From NCBI GenBank assembly GCA_048938855.1, contig JBHLLT010000005.1, positions 103,571-167,570 of the forward strand: a DNA stretch of 64,000 nt, read 5' to 3'. Both the position numbers and the translations under genes were made by a program. Position 1 is the stretch's first letter. The number at the start of each line of letters is the position of its first letter. The notes under the pieces are model-generated. The model saw only the letters and a list, made by a program, of their open reading frames with translations. It did no database searches and had not been told where the DNA came from. This DNA comes from Promethearchaeota archaeon. GTDB taxonomy: Archaea; Asgardarchaeota; Lokiarchaeia; Sigyniarchaeales; SOKP01. This document shows, one piece after another, positions 60,862 through 64,000 of the stretch.

Positions 60862-62172
60862 CTACTTCAAATGATCTGGAATTGTCTGATCTCTAAGTAA
60901 ATCTTCAAATGTTTCATTTTTACGGATTTTATATACTTTTCCATTATTTATTAAGAATTCGGCAGGGCGAGGCCTTGAATTATATGGACTGCTCATAGTA
61001 TAACCGTAAGCACCAGTATCTAATATTGCAAGATAATCTCCTTCTTGCAATTTCGATAACTTTCTTTCATTTCCAAGAATATCACCTGATTCGCAAATTG
61101 GCCCAACAATATCATAATTCAAGTTATCTTTTTTATTTATCTTACACTCAATAATATGATGATAAGAACCATAGAGCGTAGGGCGTATTAATGTATTAAA
61201 TCCGGCATCTATTCCAGCAAATAATTTAAAGCCATTATTTTTTATAGTATTAATTTGCGATAAAATAATGCTTGATTCACCAGAAATGTATCGTCCTGGC
61301 TCAATAAAGAGGATTGGCTTGCCAATATCTCCTCTTTCAACCATTTCTTTAAATCTATTAATTACAATTTCGCTATATTTTTTTAAATCAATTGGATTCT
61401 CTTCAGGATGATACGGAATGCCTATACCCCCACCAAAATCTACGAATTCAAATTGAATTCCTAATGATTTTGCTATCGTTTCAATTATTTGTAAGAACTT
61501 CATTGTTGGTTTCTCGAAATCGGTAGCATCTATAATTCCTGAACCTATGTGTTGATGAATACCGAACTTTTTAAACCCTAAATCCTTTGCTTTAGAATAT
61601 GTTTGTACAATTTGGTTTTCTAGAATACCAAATTTTATATTTCTACCCGCAGTTATTGTATGTGGATGATGTCCCGCACCAAATTCAGGATTAAACCTAA
61701 ATGAGATAACACTTTTCTTTTTCCCTTGCTTATCATAGAACTTGGCTAATCTAATCAGTTGACTATAGCTATCTAGATTAATCAATATATCTTTCTCAAT
61801 AGCAAATTCAAAATCCTTATTGGTAAACATATTTCCAGTATAAATGATTTGGTCAGTAGAAATTCCCGTTTTCAAACAAGTATAGATTTCTCCTACAGAG
61901 GAACAATCATAATTGGAACCTTCAGAATTTAAAATTTTTAAAATGGCCATATTTGAATTTGATTTTACCGCAAAGTAAATTTGGTTATCTCTGTAAACTG
62001 AATTTAGAACTTCCTTTAATTCTTGGTATCTCTTTCTAATCATTTGTTCATTAGTAATATAGATAGGAGTACCGTAATTTTCAGCAATTTCCAAAGCATC
62101 TAAATTAGCAATATGTAAGATTCCCTCTCTATATTCTAAATCTTTATTTTTTAACCAAGCGTTATAATTCAT
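60862..62172 (-). CDS. lysA: Diaminopimelate decarboxylase
   Basis: YGTP, FAVKSN (PLP Lys), KFG, HIGS, DFGGG, EPGR, GPICESGD, GAYG, YNSRPRPAE. Confidence 0.96.
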   Translation of the reverse strand: MNYNAWLKNKDLEYREGILHIANLDALEIAENYGTPIYITNEQMIRKRYQELKEVLNSVYRDNQIYFAVKSNSNMAILKILNSEGSNYDCSSVGEIYTCLKTGISTDQIIYTGNMFTNKDFEFAIEKDILINLDSYSQLIRLAKFYDKQGKKKSVISFRFNPEFGAGHHPHTITAGRNIKFGILENQIVQTYSKAKDLGFKKFGIHQHIGSGIIDATDFEKPTMKFLQIIETIAKSLGIQFEFVDFGGGIGIPYHPEENPIDLKKYSEIVINRFKEMVERGDIGKPILFIEPGRYISGESSIILSQINTIKNNGFKLFAGIDAGFNTLIRPTLYGSYHHIIECKINKKDNLNYDIVGPICESGDILGNERKLSKLQEGDYLAILDTGAYGYTMSSPYNSRPRPAEFLINNGKVYKIRKNETFEDLLRDQTIPDHLK

Positions 62173-62186
62173 AAGATTAATAACCT

Positions 62187-63068
62187 TTAGATTTCAATTT
62201 TTTCAAGCATTCCATCAAAAACTTTTTCGACTGGGCCTTCCATGAGGACAGTCTTACCAGTATAAGTTATCTTTAAATCTCCACCATCATTATGAATAGT
62301 TATCGGTGCTTTTTCATCAAATATCCCTAGAATGGCACCTGCGACAACAGTTGCGCAAGCGCCAGTACCACAGGATTTTGTAATCCCCACCCCTCTCTCA
62401 AAAACTCTCATAATTGCTTCTTTTTTTGAAATTGCTTGAACAAATTCAACATTAGTCTTTTTTGGAAAGCGCTCATTTGATTCTATTGTAGCTCCATACC
62501 TATTTAATTCATCATCATTTAAGTTTTTTTCAACAAATGTGATAGCATGTGGATTCCCCATTGAAACCGCTGTAAACCTAAAAATCTTATCTAGAGCTAC
62601 TATAGGTTCATTTACACATTGATGTACAGCACTTTCTAAAATAACAGGTATATCTTCACATTTTAGAATTGGAGGGCCCATATCAATCTCCACAGTTTTA
62701 ACCTCTTCGTCAATTATCTTAAGCTTAGCTATCATAATTCCCTTAAGTGTTTCTATGTAAATTTGATCTTTTTTCACAATATTATTCTCATAGATATATT
62801 TTGAAAAACATCTTATCCCATTTCCACAGCTCTCACTTTCTGTTCCATCATTATTAAATATCCTCATTTTAATATCAGCATCTATAGATTCACATACAAA
62901 TATTAACCCATCTGCACCTATAGAAAAATGAATTTCACACAATTTACGAGCTAAGACTGATTTTTTTCCTTCAGGAATCCTCCATTTAATATCATTAATA
63001 ATAATATAATCATTACCTAGGCCGTGAAATTTAGTGAAGTCTAAATTATCGAGAGTTAGCTGTTCCAT
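62187..63068 (-). CDS. dapF: Diaminopimelate epimerase
   Basis: KFHGLGNDY, GADG, CGNGIRC, MGNPH, NVEF, ERGVG.T.SCGTG. Confidence 0.96.
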   Translation of the reverse strand: MEQLTLDNLDFTKFHGLGNDYIIINDIKWRIPEGKKSVLARKLCEIHFSIGADGLIFVCESIDADIKMRIFNNDGTESESCGNGIRCFSKYIYENNIVKKDQIYIETLKGIMIAKLKIIDEEVKTVEIDMGPPILKCEDIPVILESAVHQCVNEPIVALDKIFRFTAVSMGNPHAITFVEKNLNDDELNRYGATIESNERFPKKTNVEFVQAISKKEAIMRVFERGVGITKSCGTGACATVVAGAILGIFDEKAPITIHNDGGDLKITYTGKTVLMEGPVEKVFDGMLEKIEI

Positions 63069-63192
63069 GAAATTTATAGGTTTTAGTTATTGACAATAAT
63101 ATTAAATTTCATTTATAATTGAAAAAAATTTCTAAAGTGAATATTAATTAGAACTCATAATTTTTATATAATATATTTTTATCGAAATAGGT

Positions 63193-63753
63193 GTGGTAAA
63201 GTACATGATGAACTATAAAAAGATATCATTATCATTTCTATTGCTTTTCATGATAATTCCAATTAACAATGCTATGGCTTTCACATATATTGATAATATG
63301 AAAAATGGAAACTATATTTTTTTCCTAACTGATTTAGATATTGATGTTAATATTGAACTTAACGTAACCCATCCTGGAGCTGGGAATTTTACCCTTTTCC
63401 TATTTAACACGAGACCAGTTCAATCCTATGTAAATGATGATAACTCGTTAAATGAGAAAATTTTTAATCATAGTATCGCCTACAGTCTAGAGGATAATCC
63501 ATACTTGAATTATACTGCACCTGAGGAAAAGATCTATTATGTTGAGATTATACTAATTGAGGGCGGATCAGATACTTTATATTTCACGTCTATAATTTCA
63601 TATACTAATGGTACGGTTATAGATAAAGATTTAACCCAATATTACTTGCCTATAATTCCAAGTTTTACGATCGAAATTGTTATAACCTCAATTATATTCT
63701 CAATTGGATTAATAGTCTTTGTATCCAAAAAGAAAATTCAAAAACTTGAATAG
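63193..63753 (+). CDS. Exported protein with C-terminal sorting-type anchor (Loki-CTERM-like)
   Basis: Signal peptide (..NAMA), beta-rich body, C-terminal IPSF + TM + KKK. Confidence 0.7.
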   Translation: MVKYMMNYKKISLSFLLLFMIIPINNAMAFTYIDNMKNGNYIFFLTDLDIDVNIELNVTHPGAGNFTLFLFNTRPVQSYVNDDNSLNEKIFNHSIAYSLEDNPYLNYTAPEEKIYYVEIILIEGGSDTLYFTSIISYTNGTVIDKDLTQYYLPIIPSFTIEIVITSIIFSIGLIVFVSKKKIQKLE

Positions 63754-63872
63754 ATGAAAATTGACATCTATATTATTTAAATAATTGTCAAATTCAATAA
63801 ACAAATTTTATATTTTTTATAACGTTTTTTTCAATATCAATAAAAACTTAATAAATCAATGTGTGATGTAAA

Positions 63873-64000
63873 ATTTCCTTCGATGAATTAAGCAAAAAAT
63901 TAGCAGAATTTATGAAAGATACTGAAGAAATCGAACTCAAAGATGTTGATCTATTTGCAGAGTATCTTGAATTTCAAATGCTGCCAAGTATCGTTCAAGC
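63873..64000 (+). CDS. Hypothetical protein, 5' part only (runs off the window)
   Basis: Open frame (I/M)SFDELSKKLAEFMKDTEEIELKDVDLFAEYLEFQMLPSIVQ; first ATG at 63912. Confidence 0.55.
   Translation, partial: MSFDELSKKLAEFMKDTEEIELKDVDLFAEYLEFQMLPSIVQ

Overview
AT-rich archaeal chromosomal segment, most consistent with an Asgard archaeon of the Lokiarchaeia type. This is an inference from the group II chaperonin, archaeal TrpRS, GTP-PEPCK, two MglA-type small GTPases, a longin-like domain, a Loki-CTERM-like anchor and a BHB-intron tRNA. Main blocks: (1) trpS, Lrp, thermosome, pckG; (2) hdrA::mvhD-hdrC-hdrB-metV-metF, the gene set of the Hdr-coupled methylene-THF reductase of acetogens, with a second metV-metF pair about 22 kb downstream; (3) a 13-33 kb accessory region with membrane/secreted proteins, gene remnants and a receptor-like beta-helix/TM/longin-like protein; (4) radical SAM, GH2, PAS kinases, a disulfide reductase with a natural His6 tail and an orphan N6-adenine MTase; (5) an hsp20-cdc48-Phr-like heat-shock operon; (6) a response regulator and an FwdF-like polyferredoxin that both lack an in-frame ATG/GTG/TTG at their apparent N-termini; (7) tRNA-Pro(UGG) with a non-canonical 25/26 intron; (8) dapA-dapB and dapF-lysA lysine genes. 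No CRISPR array, rRNA or transposase was seen. All calls come from motif recognition by eye; no database searches were run.
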